DNA of 64,000 nucleotides, from positions 1 to 64,000 of the forward strand of contig CAXULY010000018.1 of the NCBI GenBank assembly GCA_964252075.1. The letters are read 5' to 3'. Under the pieces are notes generated by a model, which was not told the origin of the DNA, did no database searches, and was given only the letters and a program-made list of their open reading frames with translations. The stretch is from an uncultured Deinococcaceae bacterium. GTDB taxonomy: Bacteria; Deinococcota; Deinococci; Deinococcales; Deinococcaceae. The number at the start of each line of letters is the position of its first letter. The first letter of the stretch is position 1. Of the stretch, positions 40,426-50,251 are shown piece by piece. The position numbers and the translations under genes were made by a program.

Positions 40426-43383
40426 ATGCGCCGCCTCACCCTGCTCACCTGCGCGGCCCTCCTGGGCCTGGGCGCGGCTGGTGCCGAACAGGCGCGCTAC
40501 TCGGCAGACACCCTCAAGCAGGCGCTGCCGAACACCTACGTGACGCTGCCCTTCGAGTTCGATGGCGCCGGCGAGTACCAGTTCGAGGTGGCCGGCCCGG
40601 AGGGCTGGAGCGCGCTGAGCGCCAGCAAGAAGCTGAGCGTGCAGGGGCACGCGCTGGTGCCGTTCACCTTCAAGGTGCCGAACCTGGCGCTGCTGGGCAT
40701 CGCGCCGTTCACGCTGATCGTGCGTCAGGATGGCCGCGAGGTGGCGCGCGCGCAGGCGCAGGTGAACGTGGAGCGCCGGGTGCTGGTGGGCGTGCGCGCG
40801 CCGGACACTGTGAACGTCCCGATCGGGCAGATCGGCCGGTACCCCGTGACGGTCACGAACCTCGGGAACGCGACCGACACCATCCGGCTGTTCTTCGACG
40901 TGACGCCCAATGGCACGCTGCTCGCGCAGGACACCTTCACGCTCGCGCCCGGGCAGAGCGCGCAGACGACCGTGGTCCTGGACCGCCGCAGCAAACGCGA
41001 CAACGGCGCGAGTTTCCTGTTCACCGTGAACGCCGCGTCCGTCACGGACCCGCGCGTGACGGCCGCAGCGGACACGCAGGTCATGTGGGGCGTCAGCGCG
41101 GCCTCCACGCCGGACGCGCGCCCAGACCCGAAACTGACCGTGAACGTGAGTGCCGGGCTGGTGGGGAGTGTGGGGTTCGGGTCTCAGGGCTTCAGCCGCG
41201 ACCTCAGCTACTCCCTGGGCAGCACCGTGAGTGGCGACCTCAGCGATTACTACACCGCCACCGCCACCCCATCGAGCCTCTCCGGTTCGCTGGACCACCC
41301 GCTTCCGGGCGTGCCAAGCCTCACCTTCGGCGTGAAGACCGCCGACTGGGGCGCGAACCTGAACGTCGGCCTGGGCGCGCTGGGCGGGAGCGGCACCTTC
41401 AACTGGCGGGGCTGGGAGTGGTCCCCGCAGGTGGGTGTCGCGTGGGGTGGCGGGGTGCTGGGCTACGGGGCTGGCCTGGGCGCGCGCGGCCTGATCGGGT
41501 CCGGCACCTTCGCGGCGCGCCTCGGCACGTACGGCGTGACGGGCCCCAACGCGTCGCGCAGTGACAGCCTCGTGACGTCGTACCGCGTGCAGCTCACGCC
41601 CGGCTGGACGCTGGACGTCCAGCCCGCCGTGTACGGCGTGACCACCCCCAAGGGATACTCCGTGCTGTTCGGGCTGGGGCAGAGCAGCACGTACCAGGGC
41701 GAGAACTTCGACGTGACGGAGAGCTTCGGTTCGGACCTGCGCGCCTACCACTCGTTCTCGGTGGCGGGCGGCCTGCGCAACGTCTCACCGTTCGGCGTGC
41801 GCGCCAGCGCGAGCGCGCAACTGGCCCCGCAGGGCCTCAGCTGGAACGCCGCGGGCGTGCTGCTGCTGTCGCCCGGCCATGGTCTCGGCGCGTCCCTGCT
41901 GGGCAGCTTCACCTCGACGCCAGATGGCGCCGCGTGGACGGTCTCGCCGTCCGCCGCGTACACCTTCAGCGCCGGTGCATGGACGGGCAGCATGGGCGGC
42001 GTGTACGCCCTGTCCGGCGATCACTTCGGGCTGAACCACGCGCTGCAACTGAACCTCGACCTGAACGCGGGCCGCATTCAGACAAACACCACCGCCACCT
42101 ACCAGAGTGCACACGGCCCGGACCCCCGCAAGATCGGGCTGGAGCTGAGCGCCAACTACCTGCTGACGGACAGTGACATCCTGACCGGCAAGTATGGGCT
42201 GACCCTCGCGAGCGCCACCACGCAGGCGGTCACCGCCTCGTGGACGCATGTGTGGACGAACCAGTTGCAGTCGAGCGTGGCATACACCCGCAACTGGGGG
42301 GCGGGCGCCGTGAACGAGGGCGCGGCGGTCGGGCTGGCGTGGAGCGGCATTGGCGTGGACGGCCTAACGCTCGCCGCGAACTACAGCGTGAGCGCGCCCA
42401 ACACGCTGTTCGCGGGGAACCTGCAGCATAAGGTCACGCTGGGGTTGCAGTACGACACCGCGCTGACCTTCAACACCCCGAAGGGCGTGGTGAACCTCTT
42501 CGGTGGGCGCCGCGGCGGATCGGTGTTCGGGCAGCTGTACCGGGACGGGAACATGAACGGCGTGCTGGACGCAGGCGAAACACCGCTGGCGGGCGTGACG
42601 GTGCAGGCGGGCGACGAGAAGACCGTCACGGACGCGTCCGGCCACTACCGCCTGCGCGTACCCGCCGGGCAGTACACGCTGCGGTTCCCCACGGGACTCC
42701 CCACCACCCTCGCGTCCCTCACACCGCTGCAGGCGACGGTGGTGGAGAACGGCGAGCAGCGCCTGGATGCCGCGATGGTGCCCGTGAACTCGCTGGAGGT
42801 CACGGTCTTCGATGACGCGAACAACAACAAGGTGCTGGACAACGGCGAGCAGCCCATTCCGTTTGCCGGCGCGACGCTGTCCGGGCCGGTGACCCGCGCG
42901 GGCACCGCGGACGCGGACGGCGTCGTGCGGTTCAGCGAGCTCCCAACCGGCGAGTACAGCGTGGGCGTGGACCCCAAGCGCCTCCCGGACGGGTACCAGC
43001 AGACCACGACGAGCGCGAAGGTCACGGTCACCGAGCAGCGCAAGCCAGACGGCGTCGTGCTGGGCGCCGCGCAGCCACCCCGTCAGCAGGCGGTGACCTT
43101 CACGGCGTCGAACCTGGCTGTCATGGCGACCGCATCCAGCGACACGGCGAAGCCAGGCGATCAGGTGACCGTCCAGGTGTTCCTGTCGGGCGACGCGAGC
43201 ACCGTGAAGGTGCAGGCCTTCAACCAAGTCTTCCAGGTGCAGGGCAGCGGCTCGCAGCGCAGCGTGGACCTCACGGTGCCCGCGGGCACAGCGCCCGGTG
43301 AGTACCCGCTGGTCGTCACGGCGGAAAATGCGGGCGGCGCGAAGCAGGCCTCCCTGAGCGTCACGGTGCCCGCGGCACCTTAA
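40426..43383 (+). CDS. Large outer-membrane protein: Ig-like N-terminus, beta-barrel-like middle, SdrD/CnaB-like C-terminal repeats (usher-like)
   Basis: Signal peptide; long alternating amphipathic strands; YRDGNMNGVLDAGE and FDDANNNKVLDNGE Sdr-B-like motifs. Confidence 0.65.
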   Translation: MRRLTLLTCAALLGLGAAGAEQARYSADTLKQALPNTYVTLPFEFDGAGEYQFEVAGPEGWSALSASKKLSVQGHALVPFTFKVPNLALLGIAPFTLIVRQDGREVARAQAQVNVERRVLVGVRAPDTVNVPIGQIGRYPVTVTNLGNATDTIRLFFDVTPNGTLLAQDTFTLAPGQSAQTTVVLDRRSKRDNGASFLFTVNAASVTDPRVTAAADTQVMWGVSAASTPDARPDPKLTVNVSAGLVGSVGFGSQGFSRDLSYSLGSTVSGDLSDYYTATATPSSLSGSLDHPLPGVPSLTFGVKTADWGANLNVGLGALGGSGTFNWRGWEWSPQVGVAWGGGVLGYGAGLGARGLIGSGTFAARLGTYGVTGPNASRSDSLVTSYRVQLTPGWTLDVQPAVYGVTTPKGYSVLFGLGQSSTYQGENFDVTESFGSDLRAYHSFSVAGGLRNVSPFGVRASASAQLAPQGLSWNAAGVLLLSPGHGLGASLLGSFTSTPDGAAWTVSPSAAYTFSAGAWTGSMGGVYALSGDHFGLNHALQLNLDLNAGRIQTNTTATYQSAHGPDPRKIGLELSANYLLTDSDILTGKYGLTLASATTQAVTASWTHVWTNQLQSSVAYTRNWGAGAVNEGAAVGLAWSGIGVDGLTLAANYSVSAPNTLFAGNLQHKVTLGLQYDTALTFNTPKGVVNLFGGRRGGSVFGQLYRDGNMNGVLDAGETPLAGVTVQAGDEKTVTDASGHYRLRVPAGQYTLRFPTGLPTTLASLTPLQATVVENGEQRLDAAMVPVNSLEVTVFDDANNNKVLDNGEQPIPFAGATLSGPVTRAGTADADGVVRFSELPTGEYSVGVDPKRLPDGYQQTTTSAKVTVTEQRKPDGVVLGAAQPPRQQAVTFTASNLAVMATASSDTAKPGDQVTVQVFLSGDASTVKVQAFNQVFQVQGSGSQRSVDLTVPAGTAPGEYPLVVTAENAGGAKQASLSVTVPAAP

Positions 43384-44159
43384 ATCAAGGCATATCAGCA
43401 GGCAGATTCAGGGGAAGGGACGCGTCCCCTCCCCTTCCGTTATGTCCTGTAGGGGCACAGGTCCGGGTGTCGCGCCGTTCATGCTGGTACAGGAGGTAAA
43501 TGCGTCTGCCTGAGAAGGCGCAGGGCACACAAGGGTCTGGCCGGACTGCGACCCGGGTGTTCAGGCGTTACCAAGCAACGTGCTGGGTGCCCTTCACTGC
43601 GGACCGCTGCGCCTGTTCAGCGGTCCGCCTCCACCGAGGGCAGGCCGCTGACCGGACAGCCCCTGTTGACACCCTACAGGGCTGGTCCCCAATGGGCACG
43701 GCCTCGTTCAGCCCAGTAGCTTGAAGAGCGGGCCGGTGGTGGCGCGTCGTGACGCGGCAGCGGTGGAAGGGCGGCGCATTCCACCGCTGCGGGCTGGTTT
43801 CGTCGGTGTGCGTGAGACGTGACGCCGATCATGCTGTGTGCCACGTTCTGTACTTCAGTGAGCGTATGCTGATGGCACAACAACCATGGTGCAACTCGAG
43901 GAGCCAAATGGACTCCATCGTTTAACGTGCCAAAAATTTTGGGTCTTGTGTGCGAAATTTAGGACAAACCGCAGCGGGGGTTCCTCGAACCTCTCACATT
44001 TTGACTTCGGTGTGCAATTTGGTCCAAAAATTATGAACGGGTTATAAAGTTGCGGTCTTCACATGTGTGTGACGCTTGCCCCCCGCATATTCCCGGCTTG
44101 ATCTCCCGCACAGTGCGGATATTTATTCATTTAATGAATAAATATCCGCGCCAAGACAT

Positions 44160-44176
44160 TTGGACACTGTGTCCAA
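44160..44176. promoter_or_regulatory. Palindromic operator upstream of the pyrimidine catabolism cluster
   Basis: TTGGACAC-T-GTGTCCAA; related TTGGACACCCTGTC at 55361. Confidence 0.55.
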
Positions 44177-44374
44177 TTAGCCGAATCCAGCGGTTCAACG
44201 CTGCTCGGGAACAAACGCCGCCCCAATCAGCTCTCTTGACCCTTTGCATATTGATTCCTATACTCCCTTTATCAGCGGTTAATCGCCTCCAGTGAGGGGC
44301 CGGACCGCCCATTGCGACGCGCCGCGCCGTGATGTGCGCCCGCCCTGCCCGCTCTACCCCATGAGGTGATCGCC

Positions 44375-45736
44375 ATGAGCACGGACCGTTCCGCCTTCGC
44401 GGAGACCCACCCGCCCCTCACCGCGCACGAAGCCACCGTGGAAGCGAACCGCTGCCTGTACTGCTACGACGCGCCGTGCCTGCAGGCCTGCCCCACGCAC
44501 ATCGACATTCCCACCTTCATCCGAAAGATCAGCACGGGGAACCTGCGCGGCAGCGCCCGCACCATCTTGGAGGCGAACTTCCTGGGTGGCACCTGCGCCC
44601 GCGTGTGCCCCGTCGAGGAGCTGTGCGAGGGCGCCTGCGTGCTCGGCAAGGACCACACGCCCATCGCCATCGGGCGCCTGCAGCGGTACGCCGTGGATCA
44701 CGTGCAGGAGCGCGGCGTGCAACTGTTCCAGGCTGGAAGTGCCACCGGGCGCAGTGTTGCCGTGGTGGGCAGCGGCCCGGCCGGCCTCTCCTGCGCAGCG
44801 GAACTCGCGAAGCTCGGGCACGCCGTCACCCTGTACGAGCGGCGCGAGCTGGGCGGGGGCCTCAGCACCTACGGCATCATCGTGCTGCGTGAGCCCGTCA
44901 AGGTGGCGCTGCGCGAGGTGGAGGCCGTGAAGGACCTGGGTGTGGAGGTCCGCACGAACCACCCCGTGGAGAGCGCCGACGACCTCGACGCCCTGCTGAC
45001 CGAGCACGACGCGGTGTTCCTGGCGGTCGGCCTCGGCGCCGTGCCCGCCATGGGCATCCCCGGTGAGGAGCACGTACAGGACGGCCTGCAGTTCATCGAG
45101 GACAGCAAGATCCAGCTGGGTGCCTTGCGGGTCGGGCGGCAGGTCGCGGTGATCGGCGCGGGCAACACCGCCATTGACGCGGCCACCATCGCGCGGCGCC
45201 TCGGCGCAGATGTGACGATGGTGTACCGGCGCGGCGAGGCCGAGATGACCGCGTACCCGCACGAGTACGAGTTCGCGCTGCTGGAGGGCATCCAGTACGC
45301 CTTCTACAGCCAGCCCGTGCGCGTCGTGACGGACGGCGGGCAGGTGACGGGCCTGGAGTGCGTGCAGATGCGCCTCGGCGAGCCGGACGCCAGCGGTCGC
45401 CCGCGCCCCGAGGCGGTGCCTGGCAGCGAGTTCGTGATTCCCTGCGATCAGGTGATCAAGGCCATCGGGCAGGAGAAGCCCACGCTGGCCGTCGCGCTCG
45501 GTCTGGAGCTGGAGGGCGGGTACATCCGGGTGGACGACGGCCTGAGCACCAGCATCCCCCGCGTGTACGCGGGCGGGGACTGCGTGCGGGTGCGCGGCAC
45601 CGCCAGCACCGTGATGGCCGTGCAGGACGGCAAGATTGCGGCAACCAGCATCCACGCCGCCCTGCAAGAAAACGCCTCCATGCCCGTCACCGAGATCCTG
45701 ATTCGCCCCACCACCGACGGGGTCGAGCATGCCTGA
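44375..45736 (+). CDS. preT: Dihydropyrimidine dehydrogenase, FAD/NAD(P)H subunit
   Basis: EANRCLYCYDAPCLQACP, VVGSGPAG and IGAGNTAIDAA motifs. Confidence 0.9.
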   Translation: MSTDRSAFAETHPPLTAHEATVEANRCLYCYDAPCLQACPTHIDIPTFIRKISTGNLRGSARTILEANFLGGTCARVCPVEELCEGACVLGKDHTPIAIGRLQRYAVDHVQERGVQLFQAGSATGRSVAVVGSGPAGLSCAAELAKLGHAVTLYERRELGGGLSTYGIIVLREPVKVALREVEAVKDLGVEVRTNHPVESADDLDALLTEHDAVFLAVGLGAVPAMGIPGEEHVQDGLQFIEDSKIQLGALRVGRQVAVIGAGNTAIDAATIARRLGADVTMVYRRGEAEMTAYPHEYEFALLEGIQYAFYSQPVRVVTDGGQVTGLECVQMRLGEPDASGRPRPEAVPGSEFVIPCDQVIKAIGQEKPTLAVALGLELEGGYIRVDDGLSTSIPRVYAGGDCVRVRGTASTVMAVQDGKIAATSIHAALQENASMPVTEILIRPTTDGVEHA

Positions 45737-45765
45737 AGTCACCCCCTGCCCCCTGGAGGCCCGTC

Positions 45766-47145
45766 ATGGCTGACCTGAGCATCAACTTCGCGGGCATCCG
45801 CGCGCCGAACCCCTTCTGGCTGGCCTCCGCGCCCCCCACGAACAGCGGAGCGCAGATTCACCGCGCCTTCGAGCACGGTTGGGGGGGCGCCGTCTGGAAG
45901 ACCATCGGGGCGCCCGTCCTGAACATCTCAAACAGGTACGGGGGGCTGTCCATCGGCGGGCAGCGCCTCCTCGCGATCAACAACGTGGAGCTCATCTCCG
46001 ACCGCCCGCTGGAGGTGAACCTCCGGGAAATCGCGGAGGTCAAGCGCATGTGGCCGGACCGCGCCGTCATCGTGAGCGCGATGGTGGACGCGAGCCCCGA
46101 GGCGTGGCGGGACATCGTGATGCGCATCGAGGACACGGGCGCGGACGGCATCGAGCTGAATTACGGCTGCCCGCAGGGCATGAGCGAGCGCGGCATGGGC
46201 GCCGCCGTGGGGCAGGTGCCGGAGATGTGCGAGCTGAACACCCACTGGGTGACCAGCATCACGAAACTCCCCGTGATCGTGAAGCTCACGCCGAACATCA
46301 CGCGCATCACGGAGCCCGCGCACGCGGCGCTCGCGGGCGGCGCGCACGCGCTCTCGCTCATCAACACCATCAACAGCATCATGAAGGTGGACCTCGACAC
46401 CCTGCAGATCACGCCGAACATCGGGGGGCGCGGCACGCACGGCGGGTACGCGGGGCCAGCGGTCAAGCCCATCGCGCTGAACATGCTGACGGAACTCATG
46501 ACGGACGCGGGCGTGCTGCGAAGTGGCGTGCCGGTGTGCGGCATGGGCGGCATCGTGACGTGGCGGGACGCGGCGGAGTTCCTGCTGCTGGGCGCCACCA
46601 GCGTGCAGGTGTGCACCGCCGCCATGCACTACGGGTACCGCATCGTGGAGGACATGATTGACGGCCTGTCGAACTGGATGGACGAGAAGGGCTTCGCCAC
46701 CATCTACGACTTCGCGGGCCGCTCGCTGCCGCAGGTGAGCACCTTCGGGCAGCTGGACCTGAGTTACCAGGCGGTCGCGCGCATCAACCCGGACAAGTGC
46801 ATTCAGTGCAACCTGTGCTACGTGGCGTGCAACGACACCGCCCACCAGTGCATCGACCTGTACGCGCCGGACGGCGTGCGCGTGGACCCCGGCTTCGACC
46901 CGCGCGTGAACGGCAAGGCCGTCGCGGACACCCGCCCCACCCCGCAGGTGCGCGAGGAGGACTGCGTGGGCTGCGCCCTGTGCGCGAACGTGTGCCCGGT
47001 GGACAACTGCATCGAAATGGTGAGCGTGCCCAGTGGCCGCGAGAGCGTCACCTGGGACCAGCTGAGCGCGCACAAACCCGCCGTGACGCAGCAGTGGGGC
47101 GCAATGGAGCAGTACCGCAATGAGACCGGCATCGACATTCACTGA
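45766..47145 (+). CDS. preA: Dihydropyrimidine dehydrogenase, FMN/Fe-S subunit
   Basis: NPFWLASAPPT, ELNYGCPQGMSERGMG and KLTPN motifs; two 4Fe-4S motifs. Confidence 0.93.
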   Translation: MADLSINFAGIRAPNPFWLASAPPTNSGAQIHRAFEHGWGGAVWKTIGAPVLNISNRYGGLSIGGQRLLAINNVELISDRPLEVNLREIAEVKRMWPDRAVIVSAMVDASPEAWRDIVMRIEDTGADGIELNYGCPQGMSERGMGAAVGQVPEMCELNTHWVTSITKLPVIVKLTPNITRITEPAHAALAGGAHALSLINTINSIMKVDLDTLQITPNIGGRGTHGGYAGPAVKPIALNMLTELMTDAGVLRSGVPVCGMGGIVTWRDAAEFLLLGATSVQVCTAAMHYGYRIVEDMIDGLSNWMDEKGFATIYDFAGRSLPQVSTFGQLDLSYQAVARINPDKCIQCNLCYVACNDTAHQCIDLYAPDGVRVDPGFDPRVNGKAVADTRPTPQVREEDCVGCALCANVCPVDNCIEMVSVPSGRESVTWDQLSAHKPAVTQQWGAMEQYRNETGIDIH

Positions 47146-47178
47146 CCCCCGCCCCTTTCCCCACCCAGGAGACGCCCG

Positions 47179-48573
47179 ATGCCCCTGTTGATCAAGAACG
47201 GCCAGATCGTCACGGCGGACAGCCAGTACACCGCCGACATCTACGCGGAAGGTGAGACCATCACGCGCATCGGGCAGAACCTCGACGTGCCCGACGGCAC
47301 GGAGGTCATTGACGCGACGGGCAAGCTGGTGTTCCCGGGCTTCATTGACCCGCACGTGCACGTGTACCTGCCGTTCATGAGCACCTTCGCGAAGGACACG
47401 CACACCACCGCGAGTCAGGCGGCCCTGGTGGGCGGCACCACGACCTTTATCGAGATGCTCGCGCCCGCCGCGAGCGAGGACCTGATGGAGGGCTACGAAT
47501 TATGGACGGGGAAGGCGGCGGGCAGCAGCGCCTGCGATTACACCTTCCACATTGGCGTGACGAGCTGGAACGAGCGCACGGAAGGGTACCTGCGCGACCT
47601 GGTGGCGCAGGGCATGACGAGCTTCAAGGTGTTCCTGGCGTACAAGGGCGCCTTCGGCATTGATGACGAGGCGCTGTACAAGACCCTCACGCTCGCGAAG
47701 GAGCTGGGCGTGATCGTGACGGCGCACTGCGAGAACGCGGAGCTGGTCGCGGAACTGCAGCGCAAATTGCTGAGCGAGGGCAAGACCGGGCCGGAGTGGC
47801 ACGAGGCGAGCCGCCCGGAGCAGGTGGAGGCGGAGGGCACCGCGCACTTCGCGACCTTCCTGGAACTCACGGGCGCGCGCGGGTACGTGGTGCACCTGTC
47901 GAACGCGAAGGCGCTCGCGGTGGCGATGGCCGCGAAGGCGCGCGGCGTGGACCTGTCCATCGAGTCGGTCATCCCGCACTTCCTGCTGGACAAGACCTTC
48001 GCGGAGCGGCCCGGCGTGGAGGGCGCGAAGTACGTGATGAGCCCGCCGCTGCGCGAGAAGCACAACCAGCAGGCGCTCTGGACGGCGCTGGAGCAGGGCT
48101 TCATCGACACGGTGGGCACCGACCACTGCCCCTTCGACGTGGCGCAGAAGCACCTGGGCGACCATGACTTCACGCGGATCCCGAACGGCATTCCCGCCAT
48201 CGAGGACCGCGTGAACCTGCTGTACACCTACGGCGTGAGCCGCGGGAACCTGACCCTCAGCCGCTTCGTGGAGGCCGCGAGCACGAAGGCCGCGAAGCTC
48301 TTCGGGCTGTTCCCCCGCAAGGGCACCATCGCGGTGGGGTCGGACGCGGACCTGGTGATTTACGACCCCGCGTACCGGGGCGTGATCTCCGCCACGACCA
48401 GCCATGTGAACAACGATTACAGCGGCTTCGAGGGCTTCGAGATCGACGGGCGCCCGAGCGTGGTGACGGTGCGCGGGCAGGTCGCGGTCCGGGACGGCGA
48501 GTTTGTGGGCGACCCCGCGCGCGGGCGTCTGTTGCAGCGCGGCCCGGTGGCAGAGCCCGAGGTGCTGGCGTGA
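47179..48573 (+). CDS. hydA: Dihydropyrimidinase
   Basis: PGFIDPHVH, SFKVFLAYKG and GTDHCPF motifs. Confidence 0.93.
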   Translation: MPLLIKNGQIVTADSQYTADIYAEGETITRIGQNLDVPDGTEVIDATGKLVFPGFIDPHVHVYLPFMSTFAKDTHTTASQAALVGGTTTFIEMLAPAASEDLMEGYELWTGKAAGSSACDYTFHIGVTSWNERTEGYLRDLVAQGMTSFKVFLAYKGAFGIDDEALYKTLTLAKELGVIVTAHCENAELVAELQRKLLSEGKTGPEWHEASRPEQVEAEGTAHFATFLELTGARGYVVHLSNAKALAVAMAAKARGVDLSIESVIPHFLLDKTFAERPGVEGAKYVMSPPLREKHNQQALWTALEQGFIDTVGTDHCPFDVAQKHLGDHDFTRIPNGIPAIEDRVNLLYTYGVSRGNLTLSRFVEAASTKAAKLFGLFPRKGTIAVGSDADLVIYDPAYRGVISATTSHVNNDYSGFEGFEIDGRPSVVTVRGQVAVRDGEFVGDPARGRLLQRGPVAEPEVLA

Positions 48574-49346
48574 CGGACAGCGAGGCCATCACGGTCCGCA
48601 ACCTGAACAAGGTGTTCGCGGTGCCGGGCGGGCAGACGGTGGCGCTGCAGGGCGCGAACCTGAACGTGGAGCACGGCGAGTTCATCAGCCTGATCGGGCC
48701 ATCCGGGTGCGGGAAGACCACCCTGCTGCGCCTGCTCGCGGACCTGGAGCAGCCGACCGCCGGGGAGATCCGCCTGGACGGCCTGAGCCCCGAGGAGGCC
48801 CGCCGCGCCCGCGCGTACGGCTACGTGTTCCAGGCGCCCGCCCTGATGGAGTGGCGCACCGTGCTGAGCAACGTGATGCTGCCCCTGGAGATCCTGCGGC
48901 TCCCCCGCCCGGAGGCCATTCAGCGCGCGAACCAGATGCTGAAGCTGGTGGGGCTGGAGGGCTTCGCGCGGAACTTCCCTTGGCAGCTGTCGGGCGGCAT
49001 GCAGCAGCGCGTGAGCATCGCGCGCGCACTCGCGCTGGAGCCGCGCCTGCTGTTCATGGACGAGCCCTTCGGCGCGCTGGACGAGATCACGCGCGAGCGC
49101 CTGAACATGGAGCTGCTGCGCCTGTGGCGCGAGACGGGCAAGACCGTAGTGTTCGTGACGCACTCCATCCCCGAGGCGGTGTTCCTGTCCACCCGCATCG
49201 TGGTGATGACCGCGCGGCCCGGCAAGATCGAGGGCGTCGTGAACGTGGACCTCCCGCAGCCACGCACTGAAAACACCCGCGAGCTCCCGCGCTTCTTCGA
49301 GATCGCCACAGAAGTGCGCGAACTGCTGAAGAAGGGCCACGCGTGA
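48570..49346 (+). CDS. ABC transporter ATP-binding protein (NitT/TauT family)
   Basis: GPSGCGKT, LSGGMQQR and MDEPFGALD motifs. Confidence 0.95.
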   Translation: MTDSEAITVRNLNKVFAVPGGQTVALQGANLNVEHGEFISLIGPSGCGKTTLLRLLADLEQPTAGEIRLDGLSPEEARRARAYGYVFQAPALMEWRTVLSNVMLPLEILRLPRPEAIQRANQMLKLVGLEGFARNFPWQLSGGMQQRVSIARALALEPRLLFMDEPFGALDEITRERLNMELLRLWRETGKTVVFVTHSIPEAVFLSTRIVVMTARPGKIEGVVNVDLPQPRTENTRELPRFFEIATEVRELLKKGHA

Positions 49347-50251
49347 CCACGCCGGAACTGGTGACGGCGCGCCTGGAGCGCCCCCGCATCCGCCTGGGGA
49401 ACCTCGGGCCGATGCTGGTGGTCGCGCTGGTCGCGCTGGCCCTGTACTGGCCGCTGATGCTGTGGGCGAATGTGGGCGCCGCGCGCACGATTCTGGAGAG
49501 CGGCGCGGACCTGGGTTGTGCCACGCCGATTGCCTGCGCGACACAGCTGCGCAACCCGGTGCTGCCCGCGCCCGCGCAGCTGTGGTCGGGCTTCGTGAAC
49601 CTCAGCGTGCCGCCGCTCGCCGCCACCAGCGCCCCGTACAACACGCTCGTCACGGCGGGCGAGACGCTCGTCGGGCTCGCCATCGCGGCGGTCATGGGTG
49701 TGGTGCTGGCCCTGCTGCTGGTCGTGAGCCGCGCCTTCGAGCGCTCCCTGATGCCGTGGCTGATCGCGTCGCAGACGGTGCCCATCGTCGCGCTCGCCCC
49801 GATGCTCGCGGTGGTGCTCGGGCAGTACGGCGTGCAGGGCTGGGTGCCGAAGGCGATCATCGCGGCGTATATCGCCTTCTTCCCCGTCGCGATCGGCGTG
49901 GCGCGCGGCCTGCGCAGCCCCGACCCCCTGCAGCTGGACCTCATGCGCACGTACCACGCGAGCGCGGGCACGGTGTTCTGGAAGCTGCGCCTGCCCGCCA
50001 GCCTGCCGTTTCTGTTCACGTCGTTGAAGGTCGCGGCGACGGGCGCCCTGATCGGCAGCATCGTCGCGGAGATTTCCACCATCTCCTTTTCCGGCCTGGG
50101 CAAGATGCTCGCGGAGAACTCCCGCGCGAGCGACACCATTGCCCTGTGGGTCATCATGATTTACGGCGCGGTGCTGGGCATCGTGCTGGTGGGGCTGATG
50201 GGCGCGCTGGAGAGGTGGGTGACCCCATGGCGAGCCGGACAGCCGAAGTAA
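49343..50251 (+). CDS. ABC transporter permease
   Basis: SQTVPIVALAP and KLRLPASLPFLF motifs. Confidence 0.9.
   Translation: MTTPELVTARLERPRIRLGNLGPMLVVALVALALYWPLMLWANVGAARTILESGADLGCATPIACATQLRNPVLPAPAQLWSGFVNLSVPPLAATSAPYNTLVTAGETLVGLAIAAVMGVVLALLLVVSRAFERSLMPWLIASQTVPIVALAPMLAVVLGQYGVQGWVPKAIIAAYIAFFPVAIGVARGLRSPDPLQLDLMRTYHASAGTVFWKLRLPASLPFLFTSLKVAATGALIGSIVAEISTISFSGLGKMLAENSRASDTIALWVIMIYGAVLGIVLVGLMGALERWVTPWRAGQPK

Noticed and set aside
43384..44110. Riboswitch or coding gene in the long intergenic region
   Set aside because: The short ORFs lack host codon bias and I could not match a known riboswitch consensus by eye; an Rfam scan would be needed.
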